This document shows positions 1 through 14,278 of a DNA stretch of 64,000 nt, in pieces. The stretch lies in the NCBI GenBank assembly GCA_021613535.1, contig CP075497.1, positions 4,960,001 to 5,024,000 on the forward strand. The letters are read 5' to 3'. A program made the position numbers and the translations under genes. The notes beneath the pieces are model-generated. The model was not told where the DNA came from and did no database searches. It saw only the letters and a program-made list of their open reading frames with translations. Each line of letters starts with the position of its first letter. Position 1 is the stretch's first letter. Origin of the DNA: Adineta vaga (lineage: Eukaryota; Animalia; Rotifera).

Positions 1-3000
1 AATTTCGTTTACAAATCATCACAAAAAAACAAAATAATTCTTCATCATACTTTTCAAACAATGTCGTTAACATAATTAACAATGTACATTGTTGTTCCCA
101 AATCATTGTCCAAAATGCTTCACATGTTGTTGGTAATGGTCCTTGTGTTGCAATGTAACGATTAACAATATCCGTGGATATAATAGGCATCTACAAAGAA
201 GAACAATGTTTGTTTTCGATGAACAAAAGAAATTTTCATTACATTGATGAAATTAGCATTGATATAATCACTATCTGTACCAGACTTCAGAATAACACGT
301 GTTTGATCATAAGGTAAAACATCTTTATAACGATTACGATAATAATTATTTTGACTAGTACCAATTTCAAATGTAAAACCTTCTTTTCGTCGTTGAAGTA
401 TCTGGAGAAGATTTTGTTTTCATGAATATATTAGTTTTATTGAGACTAGTTAAACTTACTTCATACTGTTCAATAAGATGACCTGTTGTTAGATCGTCGC
501 GTAAAGTTTCTAATGATTGTTCTAAAGGATGTTTTGCATTGAAATTTAATAAACCATTATCATATGCATCTTCCGAATCAGTATCATTATTGAATGGTGA
601 ATGACGTTTGTTTAATGGTCGAATAAGAAGTTCTAATTCTCCGAATGGTCGTTCACGTGATTGACGAATCATATTTACAACCTAAAAATGAATTTGATTC
701 GAAATGATATTTGTTTTTTTCCCACTTACGTCTTCATGTGAATGATTTTGAATATCAATATCATTAATCGATAAGATTTCATCACCTTCTTGAAGTAATG
801 CTCGATTAGCTGGCGTTTCTAAAGCCACTCTTGAAACAACAATCGGCATTTGTTCATCTCCGCCACCCTTCAAATCAAAGTAGAATTTTACTTTCTTTTT
901 TTAAAAATTCAATGAATTACTTTAACATTAAAACCATATCGACCATCTCCATCTGATTGAAGTTTTATTGAAATTGTATCAGAAGTTTGCCGTGGTATTG
1001 GTGGATCCATATAATTTGTTCCGTTCGACACGTCAGAGCTAGAAAAAAAAATTTGTTCTTTAAAATTTTCAAATCGTTACGAAGTAACAAAGATCATAAA
1101 GAATCCCCTTTGCTATATGTAAATCACAAAAACACAGAGAAGAAAGAAAGAAGAACATCTTTATGTTTTGATTACTCGAAAACAAAAACAAAGGAATGTA
1201 GTTTGAAAATTTTTCTTTACCTTTTTCGATAATCATTGTTTCGAGGTAATGTCGCATTCTTTGGTTTGTATTCATTAGCTTCCATCAATGCATTGCTATT
1301 GTTCGATGTTGAATGATTTGTTTGAAGAACTTTCGTACAATTAAATGGTTGACGAGGCGGTTTTGGAGGTGGAGGTGAACGATTGTGATTATATTTATCG
1401 GATTTAGCAATTGAGACCGAGGATGAAGAAAGAAATAGAACAGTTTTTAAATTGGAATTTCGTTTTAATGAAAGATTATTATTTGTTGTTGAAAGTGGTA
1501 ATGTTGATGAACCATTTGTTGTACGACTATTTCTTCGACTTGAAATTCTTTGAATTTCAATTTTGAAAAGTCACTTTTTTTAATTAATAAAACAAGAAGC
1601 AATTTACCTTTCGAATGTTTTGGGTTTTTTGCCATTTGTTTCAATTAATAGACCATTTGGTACGATATCATTACTAAAATAAATCTGTGTTGACAAGAAA
1701 ATTGTCTCATTCTTCATTGATTACCTTTGTCGAAATTTATTTGAAAATTGAAAGAATTTTTTCGGTGATGGTGAAATTGTTGTCAAACGAAAAAATGTAT
1801 GATGATCTACACATGATTTCCATAAATATTTACAACAACGATAACTACGTAATGTAAATACAATTGAATTATCATCCGGAGAATTCTAAATCAAATCAAG
1901 AAGACATCATTTTTTGATTTTTATATACAAAAAATTATTCATTTTCTCCAGATAACAACAGAACACACACACACACATACATGCTAAATACATGCTTAAA
2001 TTTAAAGTTTACCAGAATATATAAAGGTGATGGTATATCATCTTCCGTCTGCAATTGATTAGTTCTAACTTATAGAATATATGAAGGTAAATTAGTAATA
2101 CTTACAAGATTTTTAACTAATTGAACATAGAATGTTCGACGTTTGAACGAAATTTTCGTAATACGATCCCTAAGAAAGAAATGTCTAATTCGTTCATTGT
2201 ACTTAAACTTCTTTACTTACCAAGGAAAGGTATTTAATTTCGTTGAATTTTGAAAAACAGATATTCCAATTGCACAAACACCAACATATAATTCCACAAT
2301 TGAATTATTTATATTATCAGTTGTATTTGATACCTGATCAAATCGATTAAATCAATGTTGTCTCATTAAATAGAAACTTACTTTAACCGAAGCTTTATGT
2401 AGTTCAACACCATACATATCTAATGAACTAACAACATGAAGATAATTGACTTCAGCTTCCGCAGGAGATTGACCTCTATTTAACAAAAAAGAAAGAAAGA
2501 GATTGGTTTAACGTCTCGATTAGATCATGAATCGACAAGATACAAGACAAATAATATGATATTGATACATCATTAACAGTTATTAGAGATTGTTTTTAAT
2601 TAAATCATGAAAGAAAAAACAGTCGATTAAATTTGGTTTACAGAAAGGTCATGGAAAGATCATAAAAATATAGTCCATGTATAGAAAATCATTCTATTTT
2701 CCTATTAACCATATCATATTCTGTCAATAAACGACATAAACTCTGCTTGATTAAGACATTTATGGGATTATCTTGCAGTCTGTTTTATATCATTTGATAG
2801 ATGCTAATAGAGAAAAGAACAACGGTTTCTTATTGTTTTTTCCAAGTCAATTATCACTGAATCAGTAGATCTTTCATAATATTACTTTTCATTTCATAAA
2901 TAGTAATAACTAGAAATCGAACAAATGACTATCGACTCTCTTTTCTATTATCTATTACATCATTCTATGAATGTTTAATTAATTGTATCTCTTACTTGTG

Positions 3001-4093
3001 TTGTTTATGATATTGTTCGACTTCCTTTTCAAATTCTGAATTTTGAAATGGTACAAAACGAAAATCTTCTAAATAACCTTGTCGATGTTCATCTGAATCA
3101 TAATCACCAAGTTCACCTAGATAAATACAAATACATATATGTCATTTCTTTTTCTTTCTAATCCATTTTCTGCTTCATTTACTTTGTACAAGGTAACTTG
3201 CTAAAACTGCAGCTGTTGATCTTGGACACCACATTTTTCCACTGAGTAATTCCTTTTTTATTTGTAAAACATATAAATATTTTGTAAATTCATCATCAAT
3301 TTGTGTAGAAGGATCCGTGAGAAAAAAGCGAACTTTAAAATACAAATGATAAGGTGACATTGTTGTTAATTGTTTCTTAAGAACTTTCGTTGAATCTAAC
3401 CAACGATAAGCAAAATCTTGTGTTAAATCTTCAATAAGTAAACCGAAATATTTTCTTTCAACTGATAAATCCAAATAATCGAATACTTCATTGAGTAAAT
3501 CGATTCCTTTGCAACGACGCTATTGAATGAATATAAAAATTGAATTATTTAAAGAAATGATTTGTTTAACTTACATCAATATGAAATATTCGTTCAGTAT
3601 CATCAAGAAAATGAATAATACAAGGATAATGACGAAGACTTCGATCTCGTGCGATTTCAAATGCACGTACATTGTATGATCGACATGATGATGTTGATGA
3701 AACATGAGATGTTAAAATTGGTGTTGATGGTTTACTACTTGATGAACGTCTTAATGAAATCATCCGTTGAAGTAAACGTGTTTTACTCGATGATGATGAT
3801 GCATCATCCTGTAATTGAATTGATGAGCAATGATTAGTTGGCATTGTTGTAGCTTTTTGTCGGACAATGTCAGAGAGTTGTGATGATGATGATGGTTGTG
3901 TCATAACGACTGCTACATTTGAAGACTCGTCTGTTGATTGTGAAAGAGATTGAGATGATGATAGAGATGCAGTTGTTATTGCAATTGCTCCTGCTGTGGC
4001 CGTTGCTGCTGACGAGAGAACAAATTTTTTGTTGTTCGTTCTCGTTGCATTTTGTTGTTGAACAAATGGAGCCGCCAGTTTGTTTATCGTCAA
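1..4093 (-). CDS. PTPN4: FERM-PDZ-PTP non-receptor tyrosine phosphatase (PTPN3/PTPN4-like); multi-exon, 3' end outside window, exact start uncertain
   Basis: FERM segments (IIHFLDDTERIFHI; YFGL..WLD..FKVRFFLTDP; CKYLWKSCVDHHTFFRL), PDZ (DGRYGFNVKGG..IVVSRV..LQEGDEILSIN) and start of the PTP domain (NRYKDVLPYDQTRV, DYINANF, YIATQGPL..FWTMIWEQ), joined by GT-AG introns. PTPN3 versus PTPN4 cannot be resolved by eye. Confidence 0.9.
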
Positions 4094-4938
4094 TAGTAAA
4101 TATTATTTTTCAAAGAAATTCAATTCATTTTTCTTCTACGCCTTATAAGAATAGATCTTCAAGTAATAAAAAAAAAGAAAATCGAAAGAATAAAGATCGG
4201 ATAGAATTAATTGAATTACTATATCCATATGCAATTCAATCGATGATCAATACGATTAAGAAAAGAGAAGAAAAAAGGAACACAACGAACGATTCGGTCA
4301 ACGCGACTGTCTTCTTTACTCACTACAAGTCAATATTTGAGATGGACGAGAAAAAGAAAGATTCAAAGCTCATCGACCTTTTCTTATGTTCTACTTACAG
4401 GCATGATGAAAAAAAATGAACGGGGAAGAGAGAACATGCAATAAGAAACAGGAAACTCCATATGCTGCCGGCTCATTAACCAGCTACAGACAGATCGTTT
4501 TCCAATAACTGTTTAAGACAGCTAATCTTTTATACAAGTTTCTTTTTCCTGGAACAAGTAACTGACCACATTTATGATTTCCCATTGCCTGAAACTGATC
4601 AATTTGTTTGGTCATTAAGTCTCTTTACATTGGTAAAGAGACAGGAAGAGAAAGAGAAAAAAGAAATCAATAAATTCATGTATTTCCTGTGAGGATAAAT
4701 AATTCATTAAAACAAGTACAACTTACAATAGAAATGAAATATGACTAAACATTAGTTCAACTAATATCTCTATACAGATAGATGTATGTACATGTAATCG
4801 ACAATTGACATCGTTCTACGGGAGTTATAAAACTTGCATAATTGTTAGTATAGAGGAACAAAACGAAGAATAAAGGAAAAGAAGAATAGAACTACTATTA
4901 ACAAGCAACAGCAATCATATCGGCATCTCTTTCCTCTA

Positions 4939-4974
<36 letters not shown>

Positions 4975-5525
4975 CGTTCTCCTTTTTTCTCTCTTACTCG
5001 TTCTTCTATGTTCGTGCGAGCGTGTATATATGCGTGTGTGTGGAACAAAACAATATATATGAATAGAGCCTATGCTCCTTCGTTCGCTCGTTTGTTCGCT
5101 CTCTCTCCTTCTCTCTCTGTGTCGTTCTCGCCCTCTTCTCCCCCTCTTCCTTCAATGTCACTGCTCACCAACTGTACATACCCTATTTCGCCTTGGTGTG
5201 AGGGTCATAGAACACGCATTCATTCATTCATTCATTCATACAGCAATGACGGTCATCACTCTTCAGTCATCATGTTTTTTTTCCTTCTTTCTTTCAATCG
5301 TTTTTTTGTATGTGTGTATATGTGTGTGTGTCTTGAGTAGTCTCATCGAACAATCTGACCAGCATATACATATGAAAAAAAAGCAACATAGAAAGAATTT
5401 TATCGCAAAGATATGTCGATACCAACAAAAAAAATCACATACACAAAATGAGCAAAATATGTCAAGTTATAGTAGCATTAATATATGTACATATATGTAC
5501 ATCTGACTTGAATAAAGAGTCTAAT

Positions 5526-8500
5526 TTAAAAAAGTCGTCCACGACAGTTTTTCGAACCACAAAAACATTTAACTTCACGATCGGGTAATAATTCGCAATT
5601 ATAATGCCAAGTGAGTTCTAGGAGAATCGAATAGAAATGTGTGTCATAAAAAGAAAAGAATAAAATCAATATACCTTCTCCAGCTTTAACACGAGTACGA
5701 GTAAATAAAGCTAAATGCGGAAAATGTAAATCATGCGATTCAATAAAGACATTTTGAATATACATATTTGGATCACATGAATGATTAAAATATTTTCCTA
5801 AATTACTATATAAACTTCCATCAATAACATACGGTTCTTCTTCTTCTTCTTCTTCTTCTTCATCTTTGTTATTATTGTTTTCATAACGAATTTGCCTTAC
5901 TAAATCAAGACTTGTCTGATATCGATCATCAATTGTTTGAGCACGTTCATGTCCTTGATCGGACGTTATTAATTCTCCAATATATTGGCAAATGTATGTA
6001 CCACGTGGTAAATCATGTAATGTTCGTAGGCCCCATCCTTTATGTTTATCTTGAAATAATTGTAATTGAACAAATAAACCTTGTTGAATAAGTCGATTGG
6101 AACAGTGTTCTTTATGACATGAACATTTAGAATTACATTCATAAATACCACTTGAAACAGGATGAAGTAATCGTTTTTTTTGATAGGCCATGCTTTTAAC
6201 TGTATTTGAAAGTGAAAAACGATTTCGTTGTTTTTCCATGACAAATGGATCATGATTCAGTAAAGCTTGATTCAATGTTTTACGATAACAGGCACATTTC
6301 ATTCGATCACTACAACTATAATTGAAAGCAACAAACATTCTTCTTCTCATCTTGTAAATGAAAGAATCATTATAACTTACTTATCAATACAAGTACAACA
6401 CGATGTCATATTTGTATTATTATAAGCAGCATAAATTTTAGTATCAAATGGAAGAATTTGTGTTATATAAGTAAAATTATCTGGTTTATCATTATTTAAA
6501 TCATTATATACTGGTATTAAAATATTTTCTTGTCCATTGGCTAAATCTACTTTAACTAAAAACTTTTTATCAAATTTATCTAATGCCGGTACAAATCGTG
6601 TGAGTAAATCATCAATAAAAAACTTTATAGACAGTTTTGAATCTGTTCGAAAGAGATATTTTTCAATATCATCTAGTGAATAAAGTGTTCGATGACATGG
6701 TGTACGATAACCACGAGGTTTACCATCCACAATTGACCATTGACATTTAAATGGTAGTAAAAATGGATTAATATGCAATTGATTCGGATGAAAACTTTCT
6801 TCCGCCACTAAAACACATTGTGAATCACATTTATGTGGTACATATGGAATATTATTAAGTAAACGAAATTTTGGTAGAAGAATATCCGTATAATAAGCTG
6901 TAAGCATATTAGCACGTGAAGCGGAATGTGTTTCATCACTTGACGAAGAAGATTGGCGTTGGGGAATTGATAATTGTTTCGTATTCAATCGATCACGAAG
7001 TTTTTTCTTGCCTGAAATTGAATGGATCTTATTAAACGATTCAATTGAGTCGAAGAAAGAAAAACAATCGACTAAATAGTATTATTACCAAAAACAAAAA
7101 GTGACCCTGAAATTAGATTTATTTATCTAACTGGTAAAATATGTTTGTCTTATCAAACTATGTTTCTATTACCATGAAGAAGAAGAAGAAGAAAAAGAAA
7201 AAGAAGAGAGAAATCTATAATCCATTCTTCCGGAATGTTTCTTCTGATTGTCAGAATATGTTTTACTGTTAATTAATCATGTCCTTCGCCGTTTCTTTTC
7301 TAAGTACGTTATTCATGTCTGACAGACAAGCGATTGTTCTCCTTCTTCATATTTTATTCTTTTCACATGCAATACTTCATCATATTAAACGAGAGAAATA
7401 CCTTCATCGATATGATTGACATTCGTTTTCCGTTTACGTAAACGTGATAAATCAGTATTGGATATGATTAAATCTGTTATTGAATGTTGAGATTGAGACG
7501 ATGATAACGATGATGATATTCGAAGTTTTTTTGATAAAGATAATTCTTGAGAATCGTCAATAATTGATGCATTACAATGAATCCAGATTTGTGTTTGAGA
7601 TTTCCGTTCATAAAAACATATTTTTATCAATGAATAATCTTTTTCAATAATACGTGCATTATGATATTGTCCATCAAATTTTTTCACACGTATAATCATA
7701 CCTATACTAAAATTTAATTGTTTAGATAAATGACGATATCGAAATGCATTTCGATAGTATGTTTGTAAATCAGAATAATCAATATTTAATAAATGTTTGT
7801 CAAAGTCTTGACAAAGACAAAGATGAAATGTAGTCGATAGTTGATAACTCGCAGTAAAATTATCATAAAGAACAAGATATCGATTCGCATTTTTCATTGA
7901 ACAAGGCTTTTCATATATAAAACCAAGTAATGATGAACAACGAGAATAAATACGTGCTCGACTTGGTATTGATAATATTGGATTTGTGTTATTTATATAT
8001 AAATGTCGTTTTGGAGCACATTCTGGTGATGAATTTAACGTATGATTGATCTAGGAATGGAAAAAGAAACTAGTGAGATTTTATTGAATTTAAAATATAA
8101 TCTTACCACAATGATATGAGTTTCTGGTAGATTTGAATAAAATAATGCTGCTGTACAGATTCGAAGTGATTGATTCGGTGTAATATGTATCAATTCAGTC
8201 TCGATATCGAGTTTTGGAATGAATCTTTTTAAAAGTCCTAAATCTTCTTTGTCATGTTGATTGAAATCGGCTATGGCACCGTCGATTTCAATATCACTAT
8301 CGGTATCGTTGTCGTCATCAATGACAATCAATGTGTCAGATTGCTTTTCCTAACAGATGTCGAGTTCAAACGATGTATTTCTTTCGTTTTTGACATACTT
8401 ACAGAGAGTACAAATGATGAAGTAGAACGACGAATATTGAACATTGATGAAGATCTTTTGTCATTATTGAAATTTGCTAAAACAAAAACAATGAAATAAA

Positions 8501-9131
8501 TTTTTCAACTATCGAATGTTCATAAATATGCTTTTGAAAAAAACGTTCATTCTTGCATAAAATTCGAGTTTACTAACTCATATTTTATGAGAAAATGATC
8601 GATTTTTCGAATCAAATAATAATTTAAAAAGTAATTATATTCAGTTATTGATCTTAAATAAGATTAGTATGTATCAACATGCAATGAAATCGTGCAGAGA
8701 CGTTTCTGTACTAAAAAATAAAGCAATTGCAAAAGAAATTTCTTAAAATCAATTTAATTTCAATACGTGCAGAGTGACTAATAATTATAATTTATTGTTT
8801 AGTAATAATTCTTTATCAAACTCGTTTAGCTAATCAATCGTTTTCTCACTAACTATGTTTACTTGTTATTGACATTCCAAAGAATGAAAAATAATCGGAG
8901 AAACGATCAATCGGAAATAAAGAAAATAGATCGAAGTGTTTTCTTTTTTAAAGAAAAAGTCGATTTCAAGTTCGTTCACACGCTATTAACTTATAGATAG
9001 AATCTAACCTTTGACATTTTCAATTCTTCCATCGAATGAAATACTGTTCTCTTTGTTTTGCTGTAAAATAAAATATTAAAAACTACATTATGTTAAAATA
9101 GATATTAGTACTATACTTGTTCAAAGAACAT
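5526..9131 (-). CDS. SETDB1: SETDB1-like H3K9 methyltransferase, copy A (Tudor-MBD-preSET-split SET-postSET)
   Basis: MBD-like YRTPCHRTLYSLDDIEKYLFRT; pre-SET CCTC/CAC/IYECNSKCSC..CSNR; SET KGWGLRTL, YFNHSCDPN, ELTWHY; post-SET CFCGSKNCRGRL. ATG at 9131 inferred by chaining in-frame exons (MFFEQ|QNKENS..|ANFNND..|EKQSDT). Confidence 0.9.
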
Positions 9132-9458
9132 ATTATGTTCTTTAACAATTCAAAACAAAGACAATACCAAAACTAAAAGAATTCGTCTTTATGTATCTAA
9201 AAACAAAGCTTAAATTTAATATTCGATTGAACAAAAAAAAGAAGAAGTAAGAATGTTGAATTAATTTAACTTTTATCGTTTCCTATTTTTACTATAATAA
9301 TAACAAAATGTATCACGAAAAAGACAAAAACACAAAATGAAATGTTCAACAAATATGAAAGAAAGTATCACGGTTAATCTCGTAGACAAATAAAATATCA
9401 GACAATTAGCAAACTGAACAAAAAAAAGAGAGAGAGAAAAAGCAAAAACAAAAGTCGA

Positions 9459-12319
9459 TTATAACAAGCGACCACGACAATTTGACGCTTGACAATGACA
9501 ATCAATATGAACTCCAGGCATACAACCGACTGTATAATTGTAATCCCAACATATTTCTAATGATTTCAAAAGTTGAAAATAGAGAAAAAAAACATATGAA
9601 TTTACCTTCACCAGCTCGAATAGTTCGACAAGCAAAAAGAGCAATAATTGGAAATCGAATATCATGTGAATTAATAAATACCTACAAAACGAAAAAGAAA
9701 ATCGATTTTCTGAAAAGAAATAGAAGCTCATTTGATAGTGATTACATTTTGAATATGAACATTGGGTTTACATGAATGATTGTAAAATCTACTGATCGAA
9801 CCATAATGTTTAGCATCGAGTATTAAACATGATTCTTCATCTTCGTTGTCACTATCTTCGTCTTCATCATCATTGGAACTATCACTTGATAACCGAACAC
9901 AACGTTTTGCAGGAATTGATATTCGTTCTATAATTTATGAAAATTATCGTTTCATTCTATCGATCAGATCATCAGTTGAATGCATGAACTTCTTACCATC
10001 TGATGTTCTCATATAATTCAGACAATTTTTCATTGATTTCTTTCGTTTTTTCCTCCCAGTTGTATGCCCATGGCTTCTATGATCTAATATAGCCAAATAT
10101 TTGAAATCACGTTTTCGTGCCATCGTTTCCGTAATTAATTCACCCACATATGCATTTAAAAAACTATTCCAAGATATATTTCATTTCTAATTTTTCGATT
10201 TCATTCATCTTACCTTCCATGTGGTATATCATGAAGAGCACGTATCGCCCAACCTTTATTATATGTATGAAATAATTGTATTTGTTGATATAAACTATTT
10301 TGTACGAGACGATTTGTACATTGTTTTGTATGACATGAACATTGAGAATTACATTCATAGATTCCACTCCATATAGGTACTTTTAAACGTTGATGAATAT
10401 ATGCGAAACGTGAAATCATTTGTTCATCGGTAAGATTTTGTTTCTGCCACGATAAGATCTGTTCGTTTTTATATAATTTAGCTTGTTCGAATGTTTTAAG
10501 CCAACAAGAACATTTTAATCGATTATGACAACTTTATCAGAGAAACAAGTCCAGAAATTGTCTTCATTTTCTATATTGAACTTACTTATCTGTGCATGAA
10601 CAACATGTTATTGTTGTTAGATCATTTTCAAAGCTTAATTTTGAACGAGTTTCTGTTCCATACATAAATGTATCGGGAAGATCAAGATTATTTTCATTAA
10701 AAACAGATATTTTCACATGTTCTTTTCCTTGTGATAGATCTTGTTTGAGAACATATTTTGAATTATATTCGACGAATGAATTCAAACGTGTTGTACGATC
10801 ATCAATAAAGAATTTAATTGTTAATTTTGAATTCGTTTCAAATAAATAATTTTCAACTTCATCTAAAGTTAAAAGTGATCGACCGCATGGTGAACGATAC
10901 AAATAATTCACACGAGATACTGTTTTATGTGTCGATGGTTTCTTGCTGTAATAACCTTTTGCATAACGATCAATATATAAATATCTCCAACCATATCTAA
11001 TCACAGTCAAAGTTAGAAGAAAGGAAACGATTCAACGAAAATAATACGAACGAAAATGGTAATGTATATGGATTTTGTAGGATTTGATTGGGATTGAAAT
11101 TTTCTTCTATAGTTAAGACACAATATGGTGAACATTGATGAGGTTGATAAACATTCGAGCAAAATGACTGAATTAATGATGTTGATGATAGTGAAGCTAA
11201 AATTATTTCTGTTTTTACAAAATTTTCTCTTCTTTTTTCGAAATTTAGAATAGATCACTTCTTTGAAATGTACATGGAACTTACATGATACTATTTCGTT
11301 CGATGTTTGTTTAGGTTGTAGAATCATTGGACTTGCTAATTCAACTGGTGACATGATAATATCATCGATTAATATCGATTGTTGATGCATCCAAATTTCT
11401 GTTTGTGCTTGTCTTTCATAAAATTTTAATTTCATAATTGAACAATCGATTTCAATGATTTGAGCATGATGATAATTTTCGTCGAACTTTTTCACTCGAA
11501 CATAATCATGTAATTGATATCGTTTTTTATTTAATTTTTGATGAAAAAGAATCTCTTCAAGATCTTTTCGTATGGATTTTGATTCGATCGAACGAGAATT
11601 TCGTTCAAAATCTTGACATAAACATAAATGTATTCGATCATTGTTTGTTGTATAAACTGCAGTGCCATCATCCAATAAAATTAAATGACGAGAATGATTG
11701 TAAATTGAAGGACTTTCATCAATGAAACCTAGAGAAAATTTCGTTTTCATGAATGAGGTATACATAACTCGACATTGATGAGGCATAGAAACATGTTCAA
11801 TGTTACAGTGAATTGATAAATATAAATGACGTTTTGGTATTGAATAAAAATAATTTAAATGTGAAATCTAATCAGTAGAAATTCATTCAAAATCAAAGAT
11901 AAGTGTTCATATCTTACAGTTATATTTTGTTGTTGTTCAAGATTAAAGACGGATGCAATAAGATGAACATCCATGATTCGATTTTCATAAATCAGTAGAA
12001 GATTAGTTTGTTTTTCTAAAGTATTTGGTAATATACCCAATAATGATAGTGAAGTATTTGTCTAAAGAATAGAAAGATATTGATTTGTTATACGAAATAT
12101 ATGTGACTAACATCAGATAATGTCGATGTTGATGTATTAGATTCGATTATTAAACAATCACTATGTGAACTTTCATTATCATCATCGATAATGATTGCAT
12201 CTTTCGATAGATTTGTAAAATTTTCTTTGTTTTTCTTCAAATTAGAAAATAAAATAAAAATAGAAAGATTTAATTATACATACTTTATTTGATTCATATG
12301 TTGTTCTTGTTGACGGCAT
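9459..12319 (-). CDS. SETDB1: SETDB1-like H3K9 methyltransferase, copy B
   Basis: Tudor-like VRVKKFDENYHHAQII; MBD-like YRSPCGRSLLTLDEVENYLFET; GIYECNSQCSC..CTNR; KGWAIRAL; FYNHSCKPN; EICWDYNY; CHCQASNCRGRLL. Start MPSTRTTYESNK|gtatgt. Confidence 0.9.
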
Positions 12320-12690
12320 TTTTCATCGATGAACAAAATAAATGTTCAAGAAAAAGAGAGAGATAGGAAAAAATCTCGATTAGATGACGATAAATTCGAC
12401 GAAAAGAAGAACAAGTATGGATTCCATCTCGTATATAACATAGATGTTTTAGCAGTCTTTTCGCATATGTTCTTTTGTTTTTTCTTCATTCTCTTTCCTC
12501 TTAGAGAAAGATATACAGACGAGAACGATTATTTAAATTTAAAGCTGGTTGGACCTGGAGAATGAAGAATATATATTCGATACATAATCGTATATGTACA
12601 ATAAACTTGGGAAGAAAAATGTTTATTGAATATCAACACATTGAAATTAATTTTAACACAGTTAGAAAATTGATAGATTTCAACAAGTTC

Positions 12691-13838
12691 CTAGAGACGA
12701 CGTTCCCATTCACGAGCTGATTGAATACATGCTTCTATATTAACGAACAAATAACGAAAACGAAAACGAAATATTGTCTTTCTTACCATCATGTAGATAT
12801 AAACATTTATCACCGAGGGAACAACTACCTCGAACAGCATATTTACACGGAATAATACGTGTCTGAATATGATCATCTAAAATCGAGGATTGTGATTGAT
12901 GTGCAGGAATAACTGATGATGTTAATGTACATTCAGATGTAATCGGTGCAGTGTTATAACATGAAACACTATCGAAATTTTCTTCATCATATTCAATATT
13001 ATCGGATGGCTTTATTGTATCAACTGTTTTTTTCATTCTCGACTAATCAAAAGAAAAGAATACAACGAATCTTGACGATAACTGTACATACAGGATCCAA
13101 CAGATATGAATATTGTTGTGAAGATGACTTTGAACAATGAGTTTTCATTAGCTAAATATATTTGAAAAGACAATAAAAGTTAATTCAACTATTGATGCTT
13201 ATTGGATTCTCGAAAAAGTGATTAGTATCTTTAAATTTCATCAAAATCGAAACATTTCATAGACAACTAACTCGTTTCATACTTGATTGAGAATATCGCA
13301 GCTTTTATCCAAAGTGTCGACTTGATCTACAGAAATATCCAATGACTTTTTACTTCAATTATATACGAACAATCACAAACTTTGAATTTCATTAATATTT
13401 TGTGTTACACTAATGAATTTGCCAACTGTCGATTGAAGACTATTGACGAGTTGTTTTTTCTAATATTAAACATAACTATAACTTCGTTTTTCGAAAGAGT
13501 TATTCTATTCTACCTGAGATTCAACCGACTTTTTAATAATTCGAAAACGATGAAACGGTTCTAAATCATTGCTCAAATCAAATATCTGCTTATCATCATT
13601 AAGTGAACGATAATTGTTAGATATATAATCATACATTTGTAATGTATATGTAGAATTCGTTTCCAATTTAATATCAAAATGATTATTAACTAAATATCGA
13701 AGTTTTGCTATTGACATTCGATGATCAGTTAAGACAACTTGTTGACGTCGTAAACCAAATTCAACAATAATTCGTTTTCTGTCATTCTAAACAAAGAAAT
13801 ACCCATTTTTATAGAATGAAAATAAACAAACATACCAT
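12691..13838 (-). CDS. Hypothetical protein, paralog 1: N-terminal PB1/ubiquitin-like domain and C-terminal CCCH zinc finger
   Basis: Exon 1 contributes only ATG|gtatgt, then NDRKRIIVEFGLRRQQVVL..; finger CKYAVRGSCSLGDKCLYLH (C-x7-C-x5-C-x3-H); last exon EACIQSAREWERRL*. Confidence 0.7.
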
Positions 13839-14278
13839 ATTCTGATCTGCAATAAGAAAGAAATGCAAAACTTTTTTATTCCACGATTTGAACTAAATCT
13901 GAAATATATAAATATCATATATCATGTATCTACGCATTATCTTTATTAACAAATCTCGTATGATCTAAAGACTTCTACTATACTTCTAACATTAATAAAA
14001 ATGATACTAAAAATATGATCATAGCAACAAAAAAACGATTTATTACAGATAAAAAAAAGAATACTTCCGAGTTTGTTATAAGAAAAAAAGGATTTAACAA
14101 TAACGATAATAAAAACAGAAACAAATACAAGCCCTACTCCAAACTTAGAAAGCACAGCTGTATGTGTATTAAATAATGTAAAGTAGAAACAAATGAATGT
14201 GTTGAATCATACTAACAAGCACGAATAATACATTTACAACTAAGAAAAGATAAGACAATTGAATAAAAAATGACTTTG

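Noticed and set aside
9122-9144. Inverted repeat aaagaacata-t-tatgttcttt overlapping the SETDB1-A start
   Set aside because: Short AT-rich palindromes are expected by chance at this base composition.
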